A stretch of DNA of 64,000 bases from Lytechinus pictus. Its lineage: Eukaryota. The DNA is taken from NCBI RefSeq assembly GCF_037042905.1, contig NC_087251.1:40054001-40118000 (forward strand), read 5' to 3'. Shown one piece after another: positions 11,456-23,778 of the stretch (position 1 is the stretch's first letter; each line of letters begins with the position of its first letter). The position numbers and the translations under genes are program-made. The notes under the pieces were generated by a model, which was not told where the DNA came from, searched no databases, and was given only the letters and a program-made list of their open reading frames with translations.

Positions 11456-13177
11456 AACCCCAAACAAAAATAAATATCACATCAAATTTGCTTCATAGTA
11501 TTGAAACAAAAAAGGGCAGATTACATACTATTTGATGCTATAATCAACAGCTGCCCTCACACGTGACGAAAATATAAACAGGTGCCCACAAATCATAATA
11601 GCAGAAAACATAAACATTCTACACATGCACAAACAAATTTAAATGGAATTAAATGAGCTGAAGTCTACTTTTCATAACCTTAAAAAGATAAATATAGTAT
11701 AGACTATATTTTACTCAGTCTCAGCGAAAAAGAAATATTCAGTCAAAATAATTTATTTGGGTTCAGGCTCTGACGCGGGTGGAGCTTAGTATGGAGCGAA
11801 ATTCGATTAAGTCGAGCATGCAGAGTGTAAGAAAAAGTTGCAACTGACAGGGAAAACACTCGCGAAAAAACTTTTTTATCTCTTTCCCGTCATCAAATTT
11901 CACTAATTTTTTTTTAACAGAGTAAACATGAAACATTGAGAAATCAGAAAATGAAATTTAAAATATTCATCAAACATTTGACCATTTATTAGTTTATCGA
12001 TTTTCTAAGAGATTCAATCTGCGACTTGTCTCTCTTTTTGGTGTGAGCTGTCACATATGTATTCTTCTGTAGCTCTAAAAACCAGATCTGAAACCAATCT
12101 CTTTCTGTCATGCTGGAACCTATCTGCCTAGAGTTCAGATGTGAACCTTTTTATAATGGTTGGTCAAGACTCTACAGCTGTTAGTCAGCCTTGAGCCATT
12201 GACCAAAACATTCTGTATGTCATAACTTTACTCTGAAGTCTGAACTAGGGGAGTGGACCTTTTAGAGAGAAGAATTAATGTAGTGAATAAGAAACCCATA
12301 AAATGTGTGTGCGTCAGAAGTTTAGCTGGAAGAAGAATGAGTATTATAAATACTTTCCAAAGAAAGTTGGAATTGGTAAACATTACAACAAGGTTGATTA
12401 TTTTATGGAAATGCTCCTTTGTGGTTAGCTTGTTTGGTTGTTAAACATTACTCTTGAAAATCAGCTATACATGTATATGATTGTTGATTGTTAAAGGGAA
12501 AGAATACTAATGGTAATGGCAAATAAATCCTACTGAAAACTAGTATCGTATTTCTATGCATGCCAAAAGGATGTGTGTGATATGATGCGACATTCCTCCC
12601 ATGAATTCTAGTGATTTTTTTTTTGTGACTATGCGATACCCCGCGACTTAAAATGTGTGTGCGTCAGAAGTTTAGCTGGAAGAAGAATGAGTATTATAAA
12701 TACTTTCCAAAGAAAGTTGGAATTGGTAAACATTACAATTTCCTGTTATACTTCCTGTATAAGTATTGATTAAGTATGGAATATGTGAGATATGTCTTAT
12801 AATCACATAACAGTAGAGATTGTACAAGAGGCTAAATGGTTATTTATTGAATGTGAAATTTGTTGGCTATAATTTCTTACTGTACATTTGTGTGTGAAAT
12901 GATACTTGATTTTGGATTTGCAGGAACTGCACAAGATGAATGGTTATTTATTGAGTGTGAAAAGGGGGTAATGTTGTGTTTGCGGTAATTGTCCAAGAAA
13001 CTATAATCAGTAATCCCTGTGCTCTTTTATTTGCATTGTACAAGAAATTGAAGGATTATCTGTCAAGTGACATGGGTGATCTCTATGTTCTAGTATTTGC
13101 AGTAGTTGTACAAGAAACTATAGGGTTGTTAATCGAGTGTGAAATGGATCATCTCTATTTTCTTGTTGAATTTGCAG

Positions 13178-13333
13178 GAATTGTACAAGAAATTAAAGGG
13201 TCCATCCTTTGAGGTCCAGGTTGGTCTTCATGAGTTGCTTGGACATGGCAGTGGAAAGCTCTTTATGCAAGATAGCAAGGGAGAGGTCAATTTTGATAGA
13301 GAGAGTGTGAAGCATACAGAAACTGGTGAGAAG
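13178..13333 (+). CDS. DPP3: DPP3 exon with HELLGH zinc-binding motif and ETGE motif
   Basis: tgcag|GAA...AAG|gtaag; [29 protein letters not shown]...HTETGEK; HEXXGH at 13229-13246. Confidence 0.98.
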
Positions 13334-13472
13334 GTAAGCTTGGTTTTTGATTTACTTGCTCTACTAGCAAATGGTCTAATTCTTAGATCGTCTATTAAAT
13401 GCACATTATAGCTGAAGTCATTTGGTCTACTGTATATTTGATCCAGTCGCTATTTGGTCAAATAATCACTTG

Positions 13473-13784
13473 GGCCCGTATTCTGAAGTCAGGTTTAACT
13501 TAGACCATGGTGTAACTCTGTGCTAAAATTATGGAGAGCCAAAAGTGTCAAATTTTTTAATTAAGTTGCATGTTTCTTATGTTTACTGTGCTCTTTCCTG
13601 ATTCATCGGTGGTGAGGACAATCATCTATTTATACTTCCTAGACAATTATTAGACAATGATTTGAGAGCCAAATGAGCTGAAATATATCTCTACTGTTAG
13701 TGATTATGTAACAATTGGCTGTCCATACTTAAACCACAACTTTAAACCTGAGTTTATGTTAAACCCGACTTCAGAATACGGGCC
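13473..13784. mobile_element. Harbinger-like MITE
   Basis: TTG|GGCCCGTATTCTGAAGTC...GACTTCAGAATACGGGCC|TTG. Confidence 0.8.
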
Positions 13785-15470
13785 TTGGTCTATTGTTCAC
13801 TTATGTTAAGTTTCATTTAGTCTAATGCCCAGTACCGGCTGCACGGAAACGCTGTTAGTGGTAGTCCCGGGGAGCCACTTCCATTGACGAGTGGATACCA
13901 TGCGTGGCCATGGGGTTTTGAAAAGCACCCTAAACAAGTATTTTCCATGTTTTGAAAATGCACCCTTAACAAGTATTGGCGTGTGAAACCCTACCCTTAA
14001 CAAGTATTGAAAACAAAATGGTACCCTTGACTGGTATTCCCCGAATTGACCCCTTAAACAAGTACAACGATATCTTAATTGTTATGTCACGAACGTGTTC
14101 ACAGACGTTGGCTTTACCTATACTTCGATTGGGTTTAGTACCACCTCACACACCTCGCTCAAATTGGACCCTAAACATGTAGTGTTCGGCAAATTGAGGC
14201 AACAAGTACATCCTTTATAAAGTATTTTAGTCTTTTTATACCGTCGCAAATAGGGCTGTAATTTTAGCGTGCGCAGACGGGCCGATCGTCTTGACTGTCC
14301 ATCTGGATTATCCAGTCTGATACTGGTGGTTTATTCCACGTTCCTTTTCCCCTTGCGATGACCACTGTGCAGTAACAGTGCTTAATTTTGATACTCAATC
14401 TGTGAAATTAATAGTTTACCAATATCTCAATATGTTCAGAATATACCTGACACATAAATGATTTCATTTTCAAGAATTATTATTTCTTTCCTGAATTACA
14501 AAAAGTCTAACTTTAGTAGGTCAGGAACGTGTAACATTGACTGAAACTATTTTAAAAATTACAAAATTGTCAAGGTTTGGGAGATATCGGCTAAGTTTGC
14601 CCAATGTCATCAGTAACTCAATGTAATGCTTAACAGAAAATATAGGATAGGTTTATATTTTGTATAAAATTATTCCCCAGCCGCCTCCATGAACATGAAG
14701 CCGACCCTGCCCGCCCCTGATTTGTTAAAATCAAAGTAATGGCAATGTTTACAATAATTTTGAATCATGCAACTGCGATATTACCAGGGTCTCGTGATTC
14801 AGCGAATGGGTTCTATAACCCTTGCAAAAAAGCAAAACATAGGATTTTGTAATGACCTGGCCACGCGAGAAATTTCATGATTTTAGACTTTTGGCCATGC
14901 AATTTAAAGGGATGGTCCAGGCTGAATTTGGTACCCAGAGGCAAAATGTGGGCAGGGTCATTGTTGCCATGATAATTTCATTTATTTGTCAAATTTCCGT
15001 GTGAGCTCTATATATCACAATGATGGATGATGTGGGTTCGGGGGATACATGTGCTCGGCCGCGCGACCCGACGAGCATTTCTAGTTGACCCTTTACAAAA
15101 GCTTAATAGCTGACTTTCAAGCAATTTGTAAAGTGAAGTAAAAGTGCATCAAAATGGGGTATAAAAAAAGGTTGATTATTTTATGGAAATGCTCCTTTGT
15201 GGTTAGCTTGTTTGGTTGTTAAACATTACTCTTGAAAATCAGCTATACATGTATATGATTGTTGATTGTTAAAGGGAAAGAATACTAATGGTAATGGCAA
15301 ATAAATCCTACTGAAAACTAGTATCGTATTTCTATGCATGCCAAAAGGATGTGTGTGATATGATGCGACATTCCTCCCATGAATTCTAGTGATTTTTTTT
15401 TTGTGACTATGCGATACCCCGCGACTTAAGTGATAGAGTCCTCAATGCTGACAAGCTCAGAATTAAATGA

Positions 15471-16043
15471 CCAGGGGGGGGGGACTTACATTGACGAGTG
15501 GATACCATGCGCAACCAAAAAACATGTAAAAAGGATGTCTTTTTCAAGATAGGGCATGTTACATATGTAACGTAATAAGGGTGTCAAAAACACTGACATA
15601 TTGAAAAAAGGGTATCTATTTGGCTAGGAGAGCTACGTGTTTAGGGTCAAATTTGCGAGGGTATAAAAAAAGACTAAAATGTTTTATAAAGGATGTACTT
15701 TTTGCCCCAACAGTATTTAGAGTCTGATTTGCGTGAGGTGTGGGAGGTGGCTTGGGGCTGTACTAAACCCAATGATGTAGGTAAAGGTAAAACCGACGTC
15801 CATGACATATAATTAAAATATCGCTGTACTTGTTTAGGGGTTCAATTCAGGCAATACTTGAGAAGGAGGGTATCGTTTTGTTTCCAATACTTGTTAAGGG
15901 TAGGGTTTCATACGCCAATACTTGTTAAGGGGTGCATTTTCAGAATATGGAAAATACTTGTTTAGGGTGCTTTTCGAGACCCCATGGTTGCGCATGGTAT
16001 CCACTTGTCGATGGAAGTGGCCCCCCCCCCCCCCCCCCCCGGG
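15471..16043. mobile_element. CCCGGGGG-terminated MITE family
   Basis: TIR G-run + ACTT(A/C)CATTGACGAGTGGATACCATGCGC; copies at 41677-42237 and partial inverted 13866-14250. Confidence 0.8.
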
Positions 16044-16233
16044 TAAATGACAAAGTGCTTCCTTTACTTACACGTGTAAATTGGATTTTTATTATGTTAA
16101 CTGTGTGTTGCTACTTGAAACTGAAATGAATACTGCGGAGAGACAAAGTTTGTTTTATTATAGTTGCTCAAATTAAGGGTGAATGTATTTTGATTTATTC
16201 AAGATATTATGTTTGAACTCAATATCATTCCAG

Positions 16234-16405
16234 GTGGGTGTTTCATAAAGCTGTTCGTAAGTTAAGAGCAACTTTAAGAACGACTGGTGACCCCTTCTTG
16301 CTGTAAGTGGTATATTGAATCAGCGATGGTTTACCGCGTAAGAAAGGATCACCAGTCGTTCTTAAAGTCGCTCTTAACTTACGAACAGCTTTATGAAACG
16401 GCCCC
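16234..16405. mobile_element. Foldback MITE, Harbinger-like
   Basis: Near-perfect arms of about 55 bp (GTTTCATAAAGCTGTTCGTAAGTTAAGAGC...), CAG/CTG flanks. Confidence 0.75.
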
Positions 16406-16468
16406 CTGCTGACAAACTAGTTGGAAGAATCAGTACAAGCCTTCTTTATTAACATTGCTTTAATGTAG

Positions 16469-16593
16469 ATCTCATCGTGGTACATGCCAGGAGAGGTGTG
16501 GGATTCTAAGTTTCCTGTGATTGCATCACCCTACGAAGAATGTAGAGCAGAGTGTGTTGGAATTTATCTCTCTCTTTCGAGAGAGGCACTCAA
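16469..16593 (+). CDS. DPP3: DPP3 exon with EECRAE motif
   Basis: tgtag|ATC...AA|gtaag; [36 protein letters not shown]. Confidence 0.97.
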
Positions 16594-16845
16594 GTAAGTA
16601 CAACTTCACAGAACTTGAAGGACTTTACTAGGGTCTCAAATAAGAAAAGCTTTGCCACTCAATGATGATTGATTTTGTGGCACTAAAAGCATCAATTCAG
16701 GTACAACATTTGATGCTGTATTCCTTATTTTCCAAGTTATATTGATTTCCATCCACTATTCACATAGAGCCATTTGAAAAGGCCAATATACATTACTGCT
16801 CTAGGGCATGAGGTAGAAAAACATACACGAGGTACCTGTACATGT

Positions 16846-18013
16846 ATAACAGTTCTAACATGCCTGATACATAGCCGAGGTCATATGGACTGTTTCCTTT
16901 ATAACAGTTCTAACATGCCTGATACATAGCCGAGGTCATATGGACTGTTTCCTTTATAACAGTTCTAACATGCCTGATACATAGCCGAGGTCATATGGAC
17001 TGTTTCCTTTATAACAGTTCTAACATGCCTGATACATAGCCGAGGTCATATGGACTGTTTCCATTATAACAGTTCTAACATGCCTGATACATAGCCGAGG
17101 TCATATGGACTGTTTCCTTTATAACAGTTCTAACATGCGTGATACATAGCCGAGGTCATGTAGACTCTTTCCATTATAACAGTTCTAACATGCGTGATAC
17201 ATAGCCGAGGTCATGTAGACTCTTTCCATTATAACAGTTGTAACATGCGTGATACATAGCCGAGGTCATGTAGACTCTTTCCATTATAACAGTTCTAACA
17301 TGCCTGATACATAGCCGAGGTCATATGGACTGTTTCCTTTATAACAGTTCTAACATGCCTGATACATAGCCGAGGTCATATGGACTGTTTCCTTTATAAC
17401 AGTTCTAACATGCGTGATACATAGCCGAGGTCATGTAGACTCTTTCCATTATAACAGTTCTAACATGCCTGATACATAGCCGAGGTCATGTAGACTCTTT
17501 CCATTATAACAATTCTAACATGTGTGATACATAGCCGAGGTCATGTAGACTCTTTCCATTATAACAGTTCTAACATGCGTGATACATAGCCGAGGTCATG
17601 TAGACTCTTTCCATTATAACAGTTCTAACATGCGTGATACATAGCCGAGGTCATGTAGACTCTTTCCATTATAACAGTTCTAACATGTGTGATACATAGC
17701 CGAGGTCATGTAGACTCTTTCCATTATAACAGTTCTAACATGCCTGATACATAGCCAAGGTCATATGGACTGTTTCCTTTATAACAGTTCTAACATGCCT
17801 GATACATAGCCGAGGTCATATGGACTGTTTCCTTTATAACAGTTCTAACATGCCTGATACATAGCCGAGGTCATATGGACTGTTTCCTTTATAACAGTTC
17901 TAACATGCCTGATACATAGCCGAGGTCATATGGACTGTTTCCTTTATAACAGTTCTAACATGCCTGATACATAGCCGAGGTCATATGGACTGTTTCCTTT
18001 ATAACAGTTCTAA
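16846..18013. repeat. 55-bp minisatellite, 21 full copies
   Basis: ATAACAGTTCTAACATGCCTGATACATAGCCGAGGTCATATGGACTGTTTCCTTT recurring every 55 bp from 16846 to 18001. Confidence 0.98.
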
Positions 18014-19144
18014 GCAGGTGATTTTTAAAACTTGTGATAATAGCTTTGCAAGTGATACCATTGGGAAGCGGAACTCTTCCAGATCTCAGAACACTATGAA
18101 TTTTTGAAAATTGAGCAAACAAGTCATTAGTTATGCCCAATTATGTTTCCGCAATTGGTCATTAATATTTGACCATAGGTCATTCTTTTGTTTTACTTTG
18201 TTGTAAAAATTATACTATACAAAACCTGACATCATATTTTCAAACTTTTGTTATTCTAATGTTTTGTGTATTGCAGTTATGAAACTTGGCAGGATGTTAT
18301 ATTGTATTTTGCTTTTATGTATTTTTTTTTTCATGGTCAGGTCAATAATAATGAATTTATGAAATAACAAATCATAATTTGTGCATATTTTTCAAAATTT
18401 TTGCCTTGTCAATTACTGCAGATAGTTTTTGTTGAATGTGCTCTCTAATGCTATTTCAAAGTATGAAAATATATTTTTTGACCACTACGTAGTTAGGGTA
18501 TTTTTTTTTTCCAAAGCTTTTTTTTCTAAGACTAGCCAAACGTGTTTAGGTTATTTTTTTTCCCCAAGCTTTTTCCCCGGGGCTTTTTCCTCCTAGTTTC
18601 TGAAAAGTGTTCAGGTTCTTCCTGATTGTGGTATTTTAACCCTAACTTCACTGGGGGTATGCAATACCCATGAATATAATTTTGTCTATATTTAAATATA
18701 TTAGCAAGAAGACAAAACTTGTTTAGGAGTCATATTCTGGCGACAACTTGTTTTGGGCCAAAATGTGTTAATGAAGCTCCCAAAAAACTTGTTTAGGGGG
18801 TTATTTTGCACACAGAGAAAAACTCGTTTAGGGGGTGTTTGGAAATAATTTGGCCACGCGTGTTAATACATTTGACTGCCCCCCCCCCACCTGGGGTTGA
18901 TGTAACCCTTACTGAATATCTCCATTTTCATTTTTTCACCCTTGGGTATCATTTTTCATGGAATCGCTGCAATGATATACCATTTAGTTGTTTTGAAATG
19001 GTTTTTAATTTTTTTTTTAATTATGTATCTTATTGATTATTCTGAGAGTAAAAGTACCAAGTGATATTCCAAATCTGTTTGTCAACTTGTTGAGTTTTGT
19101 ATTAGTTTGTATATAATGCTGATGATTCTCAATCTTATGTTTAG

Positions 19145-19265
19145 GATCTTTGGACATGAAGGTTCTGCAGCAGAGGATATTCTCTATGTTAACTGGCTTA
19201 ACATGGTCCGAGCTGGAATCCTTGGTCTAGAGTTCTATACACCAGAAACTAAAACATGGAGACAG
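19145..19265 (+). CDS. DPP3: DPP3 internal exon
   Basis: ttag|G...CAG|gtacg; IFGHEGSAAEDILYVNWLNMVRAGILGLEFYTPETKTWRQ. Confidence 0.96.
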
Positions 19266-20031
19266 GTACGTACAGGTTCTTAAAAAGCAAATGTTGCAAA
19301 TACTTTTGTTGGTTTTATGGGGGTATAAAATTTATTTTTGCTATATAATAGATTTTTTATCTTGAAATAATTGACTTGTAAACTCCATGAAGATTGGGCA
19401 GAACCTTTCTTAAATTTAAGATATTGTATTAAATATATTGCAACATGCATACCGGTATTATAAAAACTCTAGAAATATATAATTTTTGTCTCTCCTGCAT
19501 AGCAGAGCAAGACTATAGGCGCCGCTTTTCCTACGGTGGCATCGTCAACATTGAAATCTTAATCAAGGTTAAGTTTTTGAAATGTCATCATAACTTAGAA
19601 ATTAAATGGAGCTAGTTCGTGAAACTTAGACATAAGGGTAATGATGTATCACTAAAGATCCTGCCTGAGTTTCAGGTCACATGACCAATGTCAAAGGTCA
19701 CTTAGGGTCAACAAACTTTAGCCATGTTTGGCATGGGCGTCGATGCGCTTTCTATTCATTAGGGGGATGGCACTTTGTATTATTACGTATTACGGTGAAT
19801 AGAACTTTCTGCGGATCGACACCATTAACATTTAGGGTATTTGTAGAATTGTCATCATAACTTACAAATTTTATGGATTTAGTTCATGAAACTTGGAAAT
19901 AAGAGCAATCAATTATCCCTGAATATCCTGTGCATGTTTCAGGTCACATGACCAAGATCAAAGGTCATAGATGAACTTTGGCCTTGTTGGGGGTATCTAG
20001 TTTATGAAACACACATACGGGTAATCAAATA

Positions 20032-21043
20032 CTGTAGAAGCTGTTATTTTCGCGTACAGAATTTTTCGCGAATCGCGGGGGTCCCAACATTTTCGCGGGT
20101 TGTTAAATTCGCGATCGGAAGATGTAGAAAACATTTCCACAGCATTTAACAGAAGCAAAACTAGTGCTAATCACGTGCAAATCACTTCTCTTCAAGGTTT
20201 CCATGCTGATGTGTCTCTTATACATAAATATGTACCTGTAAAAACAGTTACAAACTGTGGAAAAAGGTGGTTTAAATTTCAATTTTTTTACCTTTAGATC
20301 TGAAAATTCATCATGCCACAGTTTGATCTGTAATTTATAGGGTTAAGCAATCTTTAGAATTTGTGTTTTGTTCTATTAATTTTTCAAAAAGTTGGTAAAA
20401 GTGCAAAAATGTGGAATTTTGTGAACAGAATCTTCACCTGTAAAAGCTCTGGTCATGTGACTTATGAATATTAATGAGTATGCAAATAGCTGCCAATACG
20501 TGTGTAATATAGTCAATCAGATGACAAAAATATCAAATTATTTCGTGGAAAATACATTTTAATATTACAATGAGTGTATAGATATCGATAAAATAATGTT
20601 AGAAAATACTTAAGGCTCTGATTTTGTTTGAGAAATTAAAAAAAGTGAAATTCTAGCTAACTTTTTGAATCACTAACTGTACTTTCTAAGCCTTATTTTT
20701 TGTACATATAGAGGTGCATATCTCCATTTGGGCGTTGTGGCGTGCGCCTGTAATCCAAGCTGTGGGGAAGTTACAAATTGATGCAGAGGTTCGAGGTTCG
20801 ATCCCTGGTCACGTCTTTCGGATGGTGACGTTAAAGGTCGGTCCCAGACGTAAATAATCATATCTGATTGATACACGTCTGACAAAACTCAAATACACAC
20901 ACATTTTCTCAGTCTACAGTATGTTTTCAATAGCAAAACTTTGCTGTTGGGGACATTGGCACTGACTAACAATTGTGTCAATATTTTCGCGTGTTGTTAA
21001 ATTCGCGGCCGATCGGTAATTCGCGAAATTACAGCTTATACAG
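20032..21043. mobile_element. Tc1/mariner-like MITE
   Basis: TA|CTGTAGAAGCTGTTATTTTCGCG...CGCGAAATTACAGCTTATACAG|TA. Confidence 0.75.
20730..20901 (+). mobile_element. Chimeric SINE: 7SL-like head + tRNA B-box + Deu/Nin-like core
   Basis: GGGCGTTGTGGCGTGCGCCTGTAATCCAAGCT; GGTTCGATCC; CTTTCGGATGGTGACGTTAAAGGTCGGTCCC; 3' hairpin CAGACGT...ACGTCTG; (AC)n tail; CATTT on both flanks. Confidence 0.72.
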
Positions 21044-21764
21044 TATTCTTTTGCACATGTCTTAGGTCACATGATCATGGTCAAAAGTCATTTTGGGTCA
21101 ATGAACATAGTATTTTATTATCATATGAATGTTTTTTTTTGTAAATTATTCAATAGCTGTTTTCAAAGTCAGCACTGCTGCTATATTGAATTGTGTAATG
21201 CAGAAAGAGACTGCCAGAGGCGTTCTACTTGTTATTCTTGGTACCTCTAATGAAAGTATTTTTGAAGAAAATGTTAGTGGTGTGCCCTTATTTTTGTTTC
21301 ATGTCTTGCCTGCACACCAGAGCAAGACTATACACTGTAGGTGCCGCTTTTCCGAACGCGGCAACAGGGACAGCGATGGCGTCGACATCAAATCTTAACC
21401 GAAGGTTAAGTTTTTGAAATGACAACATAACTTTGAAAGTATATGGACCTAGTTCATGAAACTTGGCCATAAGGGTAATCAAGTATTATTGAACATCCTG
21501 CTTGAGTTTCAAGTCACATGACCGAGGTAAAAGGTCATTTAGGGTCAATGAACTTTGACCAAGTTGGGGGTATTTGTTGAGTTACCATAACTTTAAATGT
21601 TTTTGGATCTGATTCATAAAACTTGGACATAAGAGTAATCAAGTATCACTCAACATCCTTTGCAAGTTTCAGGTCACATGACTAAGGTCAAAGGTCATTT
21701 AAGGTCAATGAACTTTGGCCATGTGGGGGTATTTGTTGAATAACCATCATAATTGAAAGTTTAT

Positions 21765-22062
21765 AGCGAGATGCGTTATCTTGCCAAGTCGACTTCTACA
21801 AACTTATCTGTCGACATGGCGAGAAACATTATCTCGCCATTTTAAACAATTATATGTCGACTTATAAGTCGACATGGGGAGATATATTATCTTGCCAATT
21901 TGATTTATAAAAAGTTATATGTCAACATGGCGAGATTTTCTATCTTGCCAAGTCGACTTATAAAAAGTTATATGTTAACATGGCTATATGTTAACATGGT
22001 GAGATATTTTATCTTGCCAAGTCGACTTATAAAAAGTTATATGTCAACATGGCGAGATTCCG
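21765..22062. repeat. Tandem imperfect hairpin repeats built on GTCGAC
   Basis: About five units of TATCTTGCCAAGTCGACTTATAAAAAGTTATATGTC(G/A)ACATGGCGAGA. Confidence 0.8.
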
Positions 22063-22125
22063 GATTCTCGCTGGGACTTGTAACAGCTGATTTATTCTCT
22101 CTGTTTATATGTTGTTATTGATCAG

Positions 22126-22305
22126 GCTCACATGCAAGCACGCTTTGTTATCTTGAGAGTATTAGTAGAAGCAGGACAAGGCTTAGTAACTATCACCAGG
22201 ACAACAGGGGATGATGGGAAGCCCGATGTCGTCATTCAAATTGACCGTAGTAAGATAGAGACAGTAGGAAAGGAGGCCATTGGGAATTTCCTCAGGAAAC
22301 TACAG
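22126..22305 (+). CDS. DPP3: DPP3 internal exon
   Basis: atcag|GCT...CAG|gtatg; [17 protein letters not shown]...IGNFLRKLQ. Confidence 0.97.
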
Positions 22306-22997
22306 GTATGTAGTTTTTAATGATCTTTGTTGCATCTCAAGCTTTCATTTAATTGATTTTCCTCTTTGTGGATAGAATATATTTTGTATTGGTTAACCAT
22401 GAGAATTCTTACAATCAGTTAATCACCTTCCAGTCCTTTCACTTTACATGAGAATAAAAATAAAATCTGCTTATGTAATGATAATATCAAGTGTCGGGGG
22501 AGGGGGGCTGTCAAATATATTGCTGTACACATGCATGACCAAAATAATGCGTTTAATGGGGTGATTTACTATCAATAACTGGGATACATTTCTTTAATCT
22601 ATTGCTCTTCATCCACATGAATGGCTACACCGAAGACAATAACTCACAAATTCCTTGCGCGGCACGTCCAGTCACTCATGCAAAGAGACTCCATCATCTT
22701 TTCATTTCGCGCTCACCGAGTTGGGACGTCTCGTAGATAAGTGCTCTTATTTACCATCAATATCCCATAAGTCACTTTTCAACCAAACTTGGATGGTAAA
22801 TGTACTTTGGGGACCTGCATGTTATGCTGCAGTCAGAGGTCACATGTTAAGGTCAAAGGTCATTTTCAGGTCAACGTTTATAAAGTTTATGTGCAAGACT
22901 GTCTTACGACACATAATTCAGCAACCGTAAGTCACTTTTATACCAAATTTGGATTGTAGATGTACTTAGGAGACCTGCATGTTATTGTGTTTGGAGG

Positions 22998-23505
22998 CCC
23001 GGGGGGGGAGGGGGGGGGGTACTCGACAAAAAAAGTGGTAGGTATGTGCTGCGGACTTATTGTAAAAGGAGGGTCCTCGGAACAGGCTTCGGAACTACAA
23101 ATGTTTGTGAAAACGGGGGTCCTTGGAACGGGTCGCCTGCGTGTGCATCCCTATGGAACGGGCATACGTGTATGCAGCTAGCCCAGCGGCACGGGCGCCG
23201 GGTGCGCTCGCGCAGAGGCGATGGTCGGAGAGCGCTCTGCGGCCGCTTTTCACCAAAATTGCAGCTCATTGTGGCGGATCAATGCGACCGGAACGGCGTA
23301 ACGAAAAATATGCGAAGCTTTGGAGCGGATTTCTTTCTTCTTTTCTCTCGATAATAAGAAAATGCTATGCTTCAGAGCGGCTTTCTTAGTTCTTTTTCTC
23401 AATAAGATGAAAATGATATGCCCTGGAACGGAAATTTGAGTGTAAAAATGGGGGTCCCCTCCGCGGCACATACCCACTATGCATTATATACTGAGTGCCC
23501 CCCGG
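22998..23505. mobile_element. CCCGGGG-terminated MITE, different family
   Basis: CCCGGGGG...GTACTC...GTGGTAGGTATGTGCTGCGG versus CCGCGGCACATACCCAC...GAGTGCCCCCCGG. Confidence 0.65.
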
Positions 23506-23778
23506 TTCGGAGGTCACATGGTATGGTCAAGGTTCATTTTGAGGTCAACATTAAAGTTTACGTTAAAGACTCTTATGACAAGTGTTATCCCATCCCAGTC
23601 ATTTCGCAATGAAGTTTTGATACAATTCTGTTGCGTGCCCTCGCAATAACAATATTTCTGGTTATAGTAGGCGAGACACAAAATCGCTTGTGCCTTGTCT
23701 TGAAGTGTCATTCCATTGGTTATTTAATAAGCATGCATACAGGAGTTTTGTAACCATTCAACATGTTTGTTTATATAG

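Larger units (their letters stand above)
19483..21234 (+). mobile_element. HINE/Tsp/pearl-like element with GTCAAAGGTCA core repeats
   Basis: 5' TTTGTCTC(G/T)CCTGCATAGCAGAG..., tandem cores, 3' GAGACTGCCAGAGGCGTTCTACTTGTT; relatives at about 8484, 9668, 21303, 24056. Confidence 0.7.

Noticed and set aside
14930..15086. Helitron 3' end (hairpin + CTAGT)
   Set aside because: Short fragment among several truncated repeats; no matching 5' end or Rep/Hel sequence found
16846..18013. CRISPR-like regular array
   Set aside because: Units are contiguous with only two variant types and no unique spacers; no cas genes; spliceosomal gene context
20730..20761. Human Alu contamination
   Set aside because: Only the first 32-40 nt are 7SL-like, there is no Alu body or poly-A, and it is embedded in native nested repeats
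22960..23477. Cluster of overlapping GC-rich ORFs resembling a CpG-island gene
   Set aside because: Contained within a TIR-bounded MITE (22998-23505); no recognisable domain
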